Shown here piece by piece: positions 54,277 through 64,000 of a stretch of DNA of 64,000 nt. The position numbers and the translations under genes were made by a program. Source of the DNA: a virus (Duplodnaviria; Caudoviricetes); the IMG/VR virus record IMGVR_UViG_2974592485_000001, positions 32,001 through 96,000 of that record; one strand, written 5' to 3'. The notes beneath the pieces were generated by a model. The model was given only the letters and a program-made list of their open reading frames with translations, did no database searches and was not told where the DNA came from. How positions within the stretch are numbered: the first letter of the stretch is position 1; each line of letters starts with the position of its first letter.

Positions 54277-57107
54277 ATGTTAGTCCACCCAATTGACTGT
54301 TCTCCTTTAGACCCTTCTGCTCGGATTCTAAAGTCTAAGTTTCTGTTTATACCGAGAGTTTGATGCTCTGCTTGATAGTCCTGTTTGTTAAACACTAGAG
54401 AGTAGGTGTATGTTAAGGAGGATGTTAAAACCTCACGTATCATATTACTGCTAGAGTATACCTGGACTCTGTAAACCAAGTCTTCGATTATGCCCGTTTC
54501 AGGAATAGCGCTCCAACGTAACTGCACGTCAGATCCTGCAAACTCATTAGTACCCGCTACTCGGTTAACTACTTCAAAGTTAGAAACCATGGACAAGTTA
54601 GTAGCAGGATTTAGCATGAAAGATAGAGTTACAGGCGAGCTTCTCTTACCAGTAATGTCTACCGCTCGTATTTCTATAGTTACTAGACCTTCTGGCTGCT
54701 CTCTAATTACAAATCTCATTCTCTCATTAGGATTAGGGTTTATAGACTCAACTACAAAACTGTCCGCAGAGTATGATGTTCTTACACTGTAATACGTAAC
54801 ACTATTAGTTAAGCTAGGAAGCCATGATACATATCCGTTTACCCCGGGTACCCCATCTGCAATTACCGCAGCTTCATAAAGTACGTCCCTAGGAGGTAGT
54901 ATAGTGTTTGTCTCAATAGGTATAGTGGTATTATTTTCCGTTTGGGGAGAATTAATAAATACATCCTCACCGTATTCTTGCAGTACAACATCTAAACTAC
55001 CGTCTGTGTTATTTTCAACCTCATCTACCAAGAAATACTTATCTTCCCAACCATATCTATCGTAAGTGAAAGATATAGCATCATTAGGCTCTATACCTAT
55101 GAACTTATAAGGAAGCGTGAAAGATAAAGTTCGGCTATATCTAGACTTCTTGAGCTCTCTAGCTGCGAAAGATCTAGCAGTATAGTAGTTAGTTATTGCC
55201 CCAAAGGATAGCTGAAGTTTTTTATCCAGACCATTGTCTTGTTTCTTAAAGTTAGAGTCAAAGAAAGTTACAGAGTTTGCTTTCCACCCCATAGAAGGGT
55301 CAGAAAGAGAGGCCTGAACAGAGTTAAACTTATTACGCCCAGTAGTATCAGATAACTCAAGATTACCAAAGGTATCTAAGAAATTAATCTTTCTAGGGTT
55401 AGCGTCCCATTTCTCTATAGTTATTCGGTATTCTCCAGATAACGTATTAATAGCCCCCTTATATGAGTCTAAAACCTCCTGAACGTTCTTGAACACAGAT
55501 TGGGCTGTATCTATAATAGTGTTTAGTTGCACTACTTGTCTATTTTCAGCAAAACGTACTTTCCAGCCTGTGTATCTCCAGTATGTATTCCAGTTAACTT
55601 CGTAACTAGTATCTATAATGTCTAGTAGTTTAGCTTGAGCAACCATGTTATCTAGCGGTATTAGGTCTAATGGTATACCTGCCCCATAAATATCTGAAGT
55701 AAGGTAATCCAAGGTCTGCCAGATACCGTTTAGAGATGTTTCCTGATTGGATACTAAGCCGTTTTCGTTATACACTCTAATCTTTTTACCTGCAACATCC
55801 GCATTTATTGTGGGTATATCAGCTCTATTCTCATTAATGGTATACCTAGCTATTACGTATGCAGTATCTAACAGCTGATATCTACTATCCCAGTATTCGG
55901 GGCCTATGTTATCCATAGACTGTAGGTAAAATCCTTGAGTAGCTGCTAAGTCAACCAATACCTGCGCAGCTTCTTGATTGGATTTACCGTGGAACGTCCA
56001 AAAACGTATCTCTCCGTTCCCATCATTATATATATACTCCTGCCCATGAGTACTAGGGTCGGATGTAGGTAAACCTGATGCAAGCCTATGCATCGTGTCA
56101 CCATTAACACGCTTTCTACCAAAACACGTTCTATCAGAAGCATCAGAGTCATCGTAGCATATTAAAGGGGCGTCCCCTACTTGGATGTCTAAGAATCCCT
56201 CTATTTCCCCTTCACAAAAGGCGTATATAACATACACTATGTTAGGGTTATTCTTCTCAGTATCTGCAAAAATAGGAATACCCGGAACATTTTGCACACC
56301 ATATACTACAGGTAGAAACTTCGCAGCAAGGTTAAAGTCTATATCAACTGTTTTAGTAACAGTCTCATAGTACTCTTCCATACTATAGCTAGCAGACAGA
56401 CCAAACAGTTTCTTCTTTTTATTAAGTCTATATCTAAGTTCTTGTACCTGATATTTAGCTAAGATATTAACAGATTTGTTGGAGTGGTAGAATCCCATAT
56501 CTGTTTTATACTCTTCCCTCTTAACGGAATCTGAAGGTACTAGCTCCCCATTAACAACCTCTAAGGCTCTATGAGTTGCATCATCTGTGTATCTGCCATT
56601 TACTCTATCAAAATCATAAAATTGGTTGGAACACTGCCATGTTATTACTGAAGACCCGTTACCAGAAGTAGTAACATTATCCTTGATACCTCCACTATTG
56701 ATCTTACCGTTGAAGTATAGGAAGGGGTCTTGCGTGTCATCATCAGAGAAAGGTAAAATAGATCCATCTTCCCTAATAACAGCTTGATATATAACTACGG
56801 ATCTATCTAAAAAAGATACACCATTCTGAACTAGTTTAACCACCTCATCTTGGTCAGTGCCTGCTACAGTAAAGGATATAGATCCAATAGTCAGCTTTCT
56901 GTCCTGTTTGTGGGAGGATATAGAACGTATCTTACCCGATACATATAAGTTACCCCTAAAGGATATATTTTTATAGTAGTTAGTAAAATACGCATAGCTC
57001 TGGGTGGAACTACCATCTGAAGGTAGTTGAATAGCTACTAGACAAGCCATGTCTATTCTACTTGTATTATCTAGATATTCTATAGCGCTGTCTAGTACTT
57101 TCTTCAT
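54273..57107 (-). CDS. baseplate hub protein (pb3-like)
   Basis: LPVVYG, FCEGEI, LDYLTSDIYGAG; synteny. Confidence 0.88.
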   Translation of the reverse strand: MKKVLDSAIEYLDNTSRIDMACLVAIQLPSDGSSTQSYAYFTNYYKNISFRGNLYVSGKIRSISSHKQDRKLTIGSISFTVAGTDQDEVVKLVQNGVSFLDRSVVIYQAVIREDGSILPFSDDDTQDPFLYFNGKINSGGIKDNVTTSGNGSSVITWQCSNQFYDFDRVNGRYTDDATHRALEVVNGELVPSDSVKREEYKTDMGFYHSNKSVNILAKYQVQELRYRLNKKKKLFGLSASYSMEEYYETVTKTVDIDFNLAAKFLPVVYGVQNVPGIPIFADTEKNNPNIVYVIYAFCEGEIEGFLDIQVGDAPLICYDDSDASDRTCFGRKRVNGDTMHRLASGLPTSDPSTHGQEYIYNDGNGEIRFWTFHGKSNQEAAQVLVDLAATQGFYLQSMDNIGPEYWDSRYQLLDTAYVIARYTINENRADIPTINADVAGKKIRVYNENGLVSNQETSLNGIWQTLDYLTSDIYGAGIPLDLIPLDNMVAQAKLLDIIDTSYEVNWNTYWRYTGWKVRFAENRQVVQLNTIIDTAQSVFKNVQEVLDSYKGAINTLSGEYRITIEKWDANPRKINFLDTFGNLELSDTTGRNKFNSVQASLSDPSMGWKANSVTFFDSNFKKQDNGLDKKLQLSFGAITNYYTARSFAARELKKSRYSRTLSFTLPYKFIGIEPNDAISFTYDRYGWEDKYFLVDEVENNTDGSLDVVLQEYGEDVFINSPQTENNTTIPIETNTILPPRDVLYEAAVIADGVPGVNGYVSWLPSLTNSVTYYSVRTSYSADSFVVESINPNPNERMRFVIREQPEGLVTIEIRAVDITGKRSSPVTLSFMLNPATNLSMVSNFEVVNRVAGTNEFAGSDVQLRWSAIPETGIIEDLVYRVQVYSSSNMIREVLTSSLTYTYSLVFNKQDYQAEHQTLGINRNLDFRIRAEGSKGEQSIGWTNI

Positions 57108-57721
57108 TGAATATGTTCCCGTAGTTGGAGAGTAGGAGGAGAGTAAATGCCGTCAATCGTGATACTCTCTCTAAAATTATCTCCATTCATAAGTTTTGTC
57201 GTAAACAGTATACCAGTAAATACAGGCTTCTCATTACCAGTAGTTGTTATAAATAGATCAGGGTATAGTCCTAGTGTCCAAGAATTAGCGTTCTCGGTCA
57301 AACTAACTATCTTATACACCTTGGAATGGTTGCTTAACTTAAACAAATCTCCTAGATTAGGTTTACCCGATAAGACGTTAGTATTATTTATTACAAGTGA
57401 ATTACCCTTCTGACCTAAAGGTATACTAGTAAGCGCAGTATTGCCCCTTACTCTATAGGCCTCATATTGAGGTAATACTACCTCAAACGTACCCCTAGAA
57501 CGTTTGTAGTTCAGTATACTAGCGGATAAAATGTTATACTCTTCAGGGAGCATATCAGAATACCCTATTTCTATGCCCCAGTATTGGGCAGATATATGTA
57601 TCTCACTAACCTTTCCGTTAGGTAATTCTTCTCGTATAACCGGGTCATTGTCTATCAAGTCTGCGGTTGTAAATCCTAAGCCAGGATACATAGGATGTGT
57701 AAAAGGATCTGGTAGTCTCAT
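57104..57721 (-). CDS. distal tail protein (pb9-like)
   Basis: MRLPDP start, 205 aa, position after the tape measure gene. Confidence 0.88.
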   Translation of the reverse strand: MRLPDPFTHPMYPGLGFTTADLIDNDPVIREELPNGKVSEIHISAQYWGIEIGYSDMLPEEYNILSASILNYKRSRGTFEVVLPQYEAYRVRGNTALTSIPLGQKGNSLVINNTNVLSGKPNLGDLFKLSNHSKVYKIVSLTENANSWTLGLYPDLFITTTGNEKPVFTGILFTTKLMNGDNFRESITIDGIYSPPTLQLREHIQ

Positions 57722-57745
57722 AGTGGTAACTCCTTAATATAACCA

Positions 57746-57774
57746 ATTATATCACTATAAACAAAAATTTACAA
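57746..57774 (-). promoter_or_regulatory. sigma70-type promoter for tail tip genes
   Basis: TTGTAA-17-TATAAT. Confidence 0.7.
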
Positions 57775-57792
57775 GGACATTTTTTTATTCAT

Positions 57793-57818
57793 AAAAAGGG
57801 GCACGTACTGTGCCCCTT
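57793..57818 (-). terminator. intrinsic terminator
   Basis: AAGGGGCAC/GTGCCCCTT followed by a U tail. Confidence 0.85.
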
Positions 57819-57828
57819 AGTTTGCGTA

Positions 57829-60800
57829 TTACCTATTTAGTCTATCTAAAGAAGTACCTTGCTCGTTAAGAGCCTGTTCTACAGCGTTCCTCACAGCATC
57901 ACTGTTATTAGCTAAGTAATCTTTCAGGCTTAGAGCATCGAATGCTGTAAGTTGAAGAGTCAAGTTACCAATAGCAGGGCCTGAACCAGACCTAGATACT
58001 TCTTCCGCCGGAGTTACTTTCATAGGTACTAGAGGTGTAGCCACTTCCATCCCATGTTCTCCTAATCCGTAGGAAACTCCAGGGTACATATTACCCCCTT
58101 CTGCTCTAGGAACGAACGTGTTAGCATTACCTATACCTTTTTCTCCTCTGATATATGATAATTCACCTTGGTTTGCAGACATAGAAACATCAATATTTTT
58201 CTGTCTTTCCCCTAGAGATAGAGAGGAAGCTGTATCAGAGCTACTATCACCAATACTAGACATGCTACTAGCGTTACTTGCCTGAGCTAGCGCTAAAGCA
58301 CCTGCTAACCCAGCCGCAACCATTAAAGGTATAGACCATGGGTAAGGTACAGATGTTGCAGCTTGCATAACTGCTACCGCAGTTTGAATGATGATTTGCT
58401 TCTTAGCAGCGTCTTGTTGAATCTTAACTTTTTCAGCTTCTAGACGTTTAATTTTGGCCTTAGATTCTTCAGATTTACCATCACGCTTTTGTTCCGCAGC
58501 TATAGCCGCATCAATAGCAGATACTTGGTTACTAGTAGAGTACTGGATCATTGAAGATACAGACTGCATACCAGCTGCAACCATCGACGTCATGTCCAGA
58601 GAGCCTTGGGAGAACTGCATAACAGAGTTAGTTAGGTTACCTAAGCTTTGTCCTACAGCAGTAGCCTCAGAGTTAAGTTCAGACATTTTAGATATAGCTT
58701 GGTCATAGGATGCCATTTTATTCTGCATATCTGCGAACTCTTTATCTTCCCCTGTTAGTCCTGTAGTAGGAGTATACGTAGCACCTAGAGAAGAACCGAC
58801 CATAGATTGCATCTCTCTTTCTCTTTGTACACGTAGTTCCGACATTGCTACACTAGTTTCCCTAATCTTAGCCGCTAGTTCAGCTTGAGCTTCAGAGTTC
58901 CCTTTCAGCTGTTCTTTTCTACGAGTATAGTAGTCTAGATTTTCCTGAAGGTTAGCTGCCTGACCTGTACTACCTCGCTGTCTCTGAGCTAATTGCATTT
59001 CCCTTTCTTGGTTAGCTGTAGTAGTGTTCTGCATAGACATTCTGTTTTCCCACTGTTCCCTTTCCAGTTGGGCTATACGTTGTCTAGTCTGTTCATGCTC
59101 TGCTAACTTGTCTTTCTGTTTAGAATAAAAGTCTAGTTTTTTCTGCTCTATAGCTAATTCCGTGTTTAATTGAGCTACTTTATATTGTTGAGCTGTCATA
59201 GTCCTGTTGTTAAGCAGGGCTATTTGCTCTTCAACACCTAGATATTTATCTCGTCTATCCTTAGTCTTTTTATCCGCCTCCATTCCTTGGTTCTGCAATT
59301 TTAACTGTTCATATCGGCTTTCAATTATTTCCTTTTCTAGAGCCTTATTACCTTTGTTGGTATCCAGTATTGCTTGTAGGTAGGTCTGTTGTTGCTGTAG
59401 CTGCTTAATTTCTAGAGCTCTACCTGCCGCAGTAGCTTTGTCCTTACTACCTGTTTCCTTGTAAACTTTGGCTATCTCTTGTTCAACCTCTAGTTTATGC
59501 TTACTATCATCCAATTGGTTCTTGGAGTAGTTAGTTATGGCAGTAGACTGTGCCTTCAACTCAGACATGCTATTAACACCTAGCTTAAGATTTGCAACTA
59601 GAGTATCCATGTTTTGACCTGTCTTTTTAGACAAGTCTTCTATAACTCGAACAACGTTAGACAAAGATTGTGCTGCTTTACCCGCAGTGTCTGTGCTTTG
59701 AGCTACGTTCTGAATATCCGAATTAATGTCTTGTGACGTTTTCTGTATCTGCTGATACTCTTTAACTGCGTCAGCGACATTAGCTAGTGCAGTGCTGTTG
59801 AAGTCCACACTAGCTCCAGGGGTATCCATGTCTCTAGTTAAACCAATAAACTGCTGAAGTTCAGGACTAGCCTGTTTTGCTTTTTCCCCTGCCAGCTCTA
59901 CCGCCCTATTCCAAGCACCTAAATCCTCGGTGGAATCTTGGATTTCCTTATTAGCAGCGGTAAGTTGGTGACCCATCATAGCAATAGTCTCTACCGCAGC
60001 TTGGTTTTCCTTAGAAGTACCGGCAGCCGCAGATAAGCTTACAGGTATACCTTGACCTACTTGATCAATAGCAACCCTACCTAGATAGCTAGCCTTTTCG
60101 TAGGCTTTGTTGTATTCGTCTTGAAGCTTGTTTCTAGCTGCTAGAGCCTCTCTATATCTCGATAGCGCGTCACTGTAACCCTTCTGAGAACTGGATAGGC
60201 TTAAAGCTACTGCTCCTGTATCAGAAGAATTAACTTGCCTATTAGTATTTTGTTGTGCTATAGCTGCACTAATAGATCCCTCAGCTTGAGAGGATGCAAT
60301 GACTGCGTTTATAGATGCGATAGTTGGGCCTAAGAAGCTAGCAGCAGACTGCTGAATTTTTCTTAATGCAGAATCTGCGGTAGCCGCAAATTGCTCCCAT
60401 GGAGTTGCACGAAGTACCTTGTCTAAATGGCCAAATCTTTTGGTGGATTCTTCAATAACAGCATTTGCATATGCTTGCTGCTTCTGGAACGTTGACAAGC
60501 TATTCATGTTGTATTGAAGACCAGTGTTAGCAGCGTTAAGTCTGTTAACGTAAGTAGCATACGCATCATTAAGACGAATAGTTACACCTAGTTCATCCAA
60601 AAGTTCAATTTCCTGCTTAGATACACCCTTAATAACACGGTTAAGTGCGTCAGTCATATCTACCCCTAGAACAGCAGCAGCACGTCTTGCGACTAAACCA
60701 AACTGTTCTAACTGTGTGGAATCAAAACCGTAAGCAGAAGCGGACGAAGCTTGTCTCATTGCTTCTTCGTATGAGACTGCGTAACCCACTGCTTCTTGTA

Positions 60801-61512
60801 GAGCTATAGCTAGGGACTGTACAGGAGTACCTGTTGTAGTACCAACAATAGAACCAAACTGCTCAAGACGATTCAACTGATCACCTAGCTTTAACTGTTC
60901 AAAAGCAGACTGTAATACGAATATATTGGAGGCAATGGCTGCGTATAAAATAGGTAATGTACCCCCCACTTTAGCCATCGCCGCAAAGTCTCTAGTTAAT
61001 CCTCTAGAAGATCCCGAAGTATCACCAAGAGCCCTGCTAGCTCTCCTAGCATTATTACCCATACCATCTAAACCCTGCCCAGCACGCACAGTAGTTCTAT
61101 GTAGGTCATTAATACCGTCTTCAACTCTCTCTATAGATCTACCAACATTATTGCTCATGTTCCTACTAGATTTGACCATGTCTTCAAATCCTATTTTGGT
61201 CACATCAGCTAGCTCTATCATTACTAGGGATAGATCATCTATTTTGTTAGCAAGTTGAGTTAACGTAGTATTGATAGCACCCATACCCCTAGTAACTGCT
61301 ACCTTCCCTAAACTTCTTCCTGCTCTATCTGCGGCCTTTTCAATAGACATTAGGGTTTTAGGCAACTTATTCAGTTGCTCATTTGTAAGCTCTGCTCCAG
61401 CAGCAGCATCTTGAAGGCCGTCTACTATAGAGTTCAATGTCTTTGTAACTTTGGTCGCACCCTGTTGCTTGACATTAATTAGTAATTCTCTAATAAGTTT
61501 ATCAGTTGCCAT
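57829..61512 (-). CDS. tail tape measure protein (pb2-like)
   Basis: ~1230-aa helical protein with hydrophobic segments; start moved to MATDK. Confidence 0.92.
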   Translation of the reverse strand: MATDKLIRELLINVKQQGATKVTKTLNSIVDGLQDAAAGAELTNEQLNKLPKTLMSIEKAADRAGRSLGKVAVTRGMGAINTTLTQLANKIDDLSLVMIELADVTKIGFEDMVKSSRNMSNNVGRSIERVEDGINDLHRTTVRAGQGLDGMGNNARRASRALGDTSGSSRGLTRDFAAMAKVGGTLPILYAAIASNIFVLQSAFEQLKLGDQLNRLEQFGSIVGTTTGTPVQSLAIALQEAVGYAVSYEEAMRQASSASAYGFDSTQLEQFGLVARRAAAVLGVDMTDALNRVIKGVSKQEIELLDELGVTIRLNDAYATYVNRLNAANTGLQYNMNSLSTFQKQQAYANAVIEESTKRFGHLDKVLRATPWEQFAATADSALRKIQQSAASFLGPTIASINAVIASSQAEGSISAAIAQQNTNRQVNSSDTGAVALSLSSSQKGYSDALSRYREALAARNKLQDEYNKAYEKASYLGRVAIDQVGQGIPVSLSAAAGTSKENQAAVETIAMMGHQLTAANKEIQDSTEDLGAWNRAVELAGEKAKQASPELQQFIGLTRDMDTPGASVDFNSTALANVADAVKEYQQIQKTSQDINSDIQNVAQSTDTAGKAAQSLSNVVRVIEDLSKKTGQNMDTLVANLKLGVNSMSELKAQSTAITNYSKNQLDDSKHKLEVEQEIAKVYKETGSKDKATAAGRALEIKQLQQQQTYLQAILDTNKGNKALEKEIIESRYEQLKLQNQGMEADKKTKDRRDKYLGVEEQIALLNNRTMTAQQYKVAQLNTELAIEQKKLDFYSKQKDKLAEHEQTRQRIAQLEREQWENRMSMQNTTTANQEREMQLAQRQRGSTGQAANLQENLDYYTRRKEQLKGNSEAQAELAAKIRETSVAMSELRVQREREMQSMVGSSLGATYTPTTGLTGEDKEFADMQNKMASYDQAISKMSELNSEATAVGQSLGNLTNSVMQFSQGSLDMTSMVAAGMQSVSSMIQYSTSNQVSAIDAAIAAEQKRDGKSEESKAKIKRLEAEKVKIQQDAAKKQIIIQTAVAVMQAATSVPYPWSIPLMVAAGLAGALALAQASNASSMSSIGDSSSDTASSLSLGERQKNIDVSMSANQGELSYIRGEKGIGNANTFVPRAEGGNMYPGVSYGLGEHGMEVATPLVPMKVTPAEEVSRSGSGPAIGNLTLQLTAFDALSLKDYLANNSDAVRNAVEQALNEQGTSLDRLNR

Positions 61513-61524
61513 AATTTTTCCAAT

Positions 61525-61555
61525 AAAAAAGCTCTGGGCAAAAGCACCCAGAGCT
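61525..61555 (-). terminator. intrinsic terminator-like hairpin upstream of the tape measure gene
   Basis: AGCTCTGGG/CCCAGAGCT followed by UUUUU. Confidence 0.7.
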
Positions 61556-61588
61556 AAGCCCCACAATAAAACACCACTTGGAGAAAAC

Positions 61589-61957
61589 TTATTTACCCCC
61601 AGGCCTAGAATGCGGCTTGGTGGTTGGTTTGGTTTTCGACTTTTTACCTAGCTGTTCAATTCGTTTTTTAGACGCTTGTACAGCTTTAGTGTCAAATATA
61701 TTAATTATGTTAAGTATAAACTCCTTCTCTACTAGTTCTGTAATTGCATAAATCTCAAATAGAACTGGTAGGGAGGACTTGTCTTTACCTATATAGGCAG
61801 GCAAGTCCCCAGGAACATATTGGTCTAGTAGGTTGTTGTATATTGTAATACCTACTCTCACTATTTCGGGAAAGTCCTCTAACTCAGCAGGTAAAAGAGC
61901 AGGATCTGGGGCCTGCCCTAAAGACTCGCATAAAGTTAGGTACTGTTCTCTAGTCAT
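61589..61957 (-). CDS. tail assembly chaperone, second frame (gpT-like)
   Basis: Between the chaperone and tape measure genes; frame stays open upstream into the end of 62019..62426. Confidence 0.8.
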   Translation of the reverse strand: MTREQYLTLCESLGQAPDPALLPAELEDFPEIVRVGITIYNNLLDQYVPGDLPAYIGKDKSSLPVLFEIYAITELVEKEFILNIINIFDTKAVQASKKRIEQLGKKSKTKPTTKPHSRPGGK

Positions 61958-62018
61958 TTTAGATGCAGAGCTTTTAACACACCTCTCTGCAAATTTTTCT
62001 ACCTCTTTTAAGAGAGTA

Positions 62019-62426
62019 CTATTCTGTTTTTGAACGAAAGGAGTCTAAATGAAACACCGTCCTGTTAATAAAGGAGTCAAATGCAGTAGACTCTCGCATT
62101 AACATAACTGCGTTATCGATACTAAACTCAATAGGTGTATTAGGATCTTGATCTCCAAAATCTACTAGCATAAGTTTCTCAACATCACCTAGTGTTAGTC
62201 CAGTCCATCCCTTAATAGCCTCTTTTACAAAGCTTTCTGTAAATAAGTCCTCGTTCTGAGAGTGAACAAGTTGACCATTAACCCACTCACCTTTCTTGGA
62301 CGCTTCTACTACTTTCTTAGACTGAGCCCTAGACATATACGCTAGGGTGATTTTAAAGTTAGGCATTCCTTCATAAACTACTTCAATTTCTCTAGTAGAA
62401 ACGCTGATATCTCTTAAGTTAATCAT
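62019..62426 (-). CDS. tail assembly chaperone (gpG-like)
   Basis: IKGWTGL motif; position. Confidence 0.85.
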   Translation of the reverse strand: MINLRDISVSTREIEVVYEGMPNFKITLAYMSRAQSKKVVEASKKGEWVNGQLVHSQNEDLFTESFVKEAIKGWTGLTLGDVEKLMLVDFGDQDPNTPIEFSIDNAVMLMRESTAFDSFINRTVFHLDSFRSKTE

Positions 62427-63307
62427 CTTATTTTCTCCATAAATGATATTGTTACAGGGTCTGAATCCTCAGTAGGTATTATGTCATACTCTAGTTTGAA
62501 AACATCTGAGAAATCAGCTCTTTTGGTTATTCGGGCTAAAGGTATGTTAAGACTAAATATATTATTTCTTATTGTAATAGGTGCGTATTCCGGTAAAAGA
62601 ACCGATTGCCCACTTAGTCTACTAACCATGTAGGTAGATACAGTAGCGGACACATTTAATTCTCTAACGTAAGCTTGAGAGTTAGAGTATATAGTGCCTA
62701 TACTGTGTATAGATCGGTTATCTATCCACTCACATTGCTGTTGTAAAGATATGCTAGCAGATACAAGACCCGGAGTTTCTGTGTTATCGTATAGTACAGA
62801 AACAGGATAAAAGGGCATAACATCGCCTTGAATCATACTTCCTTGAGGAGGATACGTACCTTCATAAAAGTTGCCCGATTCAAAACCTAGACTTATTGAT
62901 GGAACACTCTTCTCTAGAACAATGTCCATAGCTGATAAGTAGCAATTAGTAAAACAGATGTAGTCTAACTCTTTAAAACATAGATAAATATTGAACATCT
63001 TAGGAGTTACTGAGCGGTTAAATTTTGGCATCTCATAGGGGATTTTATCAGTATCCCATCCTAGAAGATGTAAAAGAAGACCTTCTACTCCACCCATAGT
63101 GAACGGGGTTTGGATGCTAATACTGCTAGGCTCCTGTTGAACTATCTTAGAGTACGCGTAGTTAGATCTATTATGAATAGTCTTCCTTAAAGATTTGTAC
63201 TCCCCATAAGACGTGCTACCAGAAAAGGAAGATAAAGCATCCATAGTGAATGCTCTACCCTCGTACTCAATAACTACCCTAGACTCTCTAAGAATAGGGT
63301 AAATCAT
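62423..63307 (-). CDS. minor tail tube protein (T5 p140-like)
   Basis: Follows the major tail protein; synteny. Confidence 0.78.
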   Translation of the reverse strand: MIYPILRESRVVIEYEGRAFTMDALSSFSGSTSYGEYKSLRKTIHNRSNYAYSKIVQQEPSSISIQTPFTMGGVEGLLLHLLGWDTDKIPYEMPKFNRSVTPKMFNIYLCFKELDYICFTNCYLSAMDIVLEKSVPSISLGFESGNFYEGTYPPQGSMIQGDVMPFYPVSVLYDNTETPGLVSASISLQQQCEWIDNRSIHSIGTIYSNSQAYVRELNVSATVSTYMVSRLSGQSVLLPEYAPITIRNNIFSLNIPLARITKRADFSDVFKLEYDIIPTEDSDPVTISFMEKIR

Positions 63308-63309
63308 TA

Positions 63310-64000
63310 TTATTCTACCTCAATAGTTGCAGTGTCTGTAAACGTTCCTGAAGGAGTAGTTACAGAAGCCTGAACCTCAACTGTTCCAGTAGTAGCGGTA
63401 ACCTTGGTTACTAGACCAGACGCATTAACTGTAGCCGCTGTACCAGAAAGAACAGACCATGAAACAGTAAATCCTGTAGCTCCAGCAGGTGTAGGAGTTA
63501 CTGAAAGCTGTACCGTGGTGTTGGTATCATCAATAGTAGCAGTAGCAGGAGTTACAGTGATTGCTGTAATACCAGGGTCTGCACCATTACCTGTAGCTAC
63601 TAGGTTTGCAATCTGAGTTTTAGTATACACAGGTGAGAATCCTAGGAAACCTTCATCACCAGTATCTAGATCAGTAGGAATAGCTTTGAATTCCACACTA
63701 GTACCAAGAACGTCGTCGGTTTCTATAGTAGGGATGTTAACCTGAGCCTGTTTAGCTACTAGAACTGCCGCAGGTCTACCGTTATCATACTCCCCACCTA
63801 GAATCAGGGCAATTTCAAACTTATTAACAACTGATAGCTGCTCAATTAGATCCTTATATAGTTCTAGGGAGCCAAGAGAGTTATCATTTAAGTATGCTGT
63901 AATAGTACCAGTAAGTTCAAATGCACCCGTAAAGGAACCAATAGGAATGTTAACCCTAGACATGATGTTTGGAGTTAAGTAGGTAACGTTGTTATTAATA
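63310..64000 (-). CDS. major tail tube protein (pb6-like), 5'-truncated by the window, with C-terminal Ig-like domain
   Basis: Frame open to the window edge; ITVTP...VSWS...ATVNASGLVT Big_2 pattern. Confidence 0.9.
   Translation of the reverse strand, partial: INNNVTYLTPNIMSRVNIPIGSFTGAFELTGTITAYLNDNSLGSLELYKDLIEQLSVVNKFEIALILGGEYDNGRPAAVLVAKQAQVNIPTIETDDVLGTSVEFKAIPTDLDTGDEGFLGFSPVYTKTQIANLVATGNGADPGITAITVTPATATIDDTNTTVQLSVTPTPAGATGFTVSWSVLSGTAATVNASGLVTKVTATTGTVEVQASVTTPSGTFTDTATIEVE

Noticed and set aside
12834-63616. Numerous antisense ORFs within core genes (e.g. 12834, 27684, 34509, 37880, 47917, 52700, 60926) and same-strand 55946
   Set aside because: Shadow frames of well-supported genes with no independent signals.

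Overview
This is a 64-kb segment of a T5-like (Demerecviridae-type) lytic phage genome with T5 synteny. (i) Positions 1-~22.7 kb are transcribed leftwards. They hold a large tRNA/stable-RNA cluster (20 recognisable tRNA genes with encoded CCA, at least 4 aberrant tRNA-like RNAs, several long ORF-free and highly base-paired regions), small accessory ORFs, then SleB hydrolase, a DEDD exonuclease, RNase H, td, frd, nrdB, nrdA and phoH. (ii) Positions ~22.9-48.9 kb are transcribed rightwards: nrdD, Sir2, origin-binding helicase, D2/D3, split NAD-dependent ligase, D5, helicase, primase, DNA polymerase, D10-D15 and dUTPase. (iii) Positions 48.9-64 kb are leftward tail genes: side fibre, tip proteins, pb4/pb3/pb9/pb2-like, chaperones, and a truncated major tail protein. 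T5-type sigma70 promoters (TTGCNN-17-TATAAT) punctuate the window. The best candidate for a novel system is at 12192-13461. There a ~210-aa coiled-coil gene is followed directly by a ~360-nt ORF-free RNA closed by a 25-bp stem, with pseudoknots and a looped-out tract of 13 in-phase ~7-nt repeats, suggesting a protein-RNA scaffold pair. Other highlights are two large ornate ncRNA candidates (3287-3784, 9975-10960), tRNA mimics, and a probable +1 frameshift (UCC-UUU-CGU) in the tail chaperone. All assignments come from reading the sequence and recalling families; no searches or folding programs were run.
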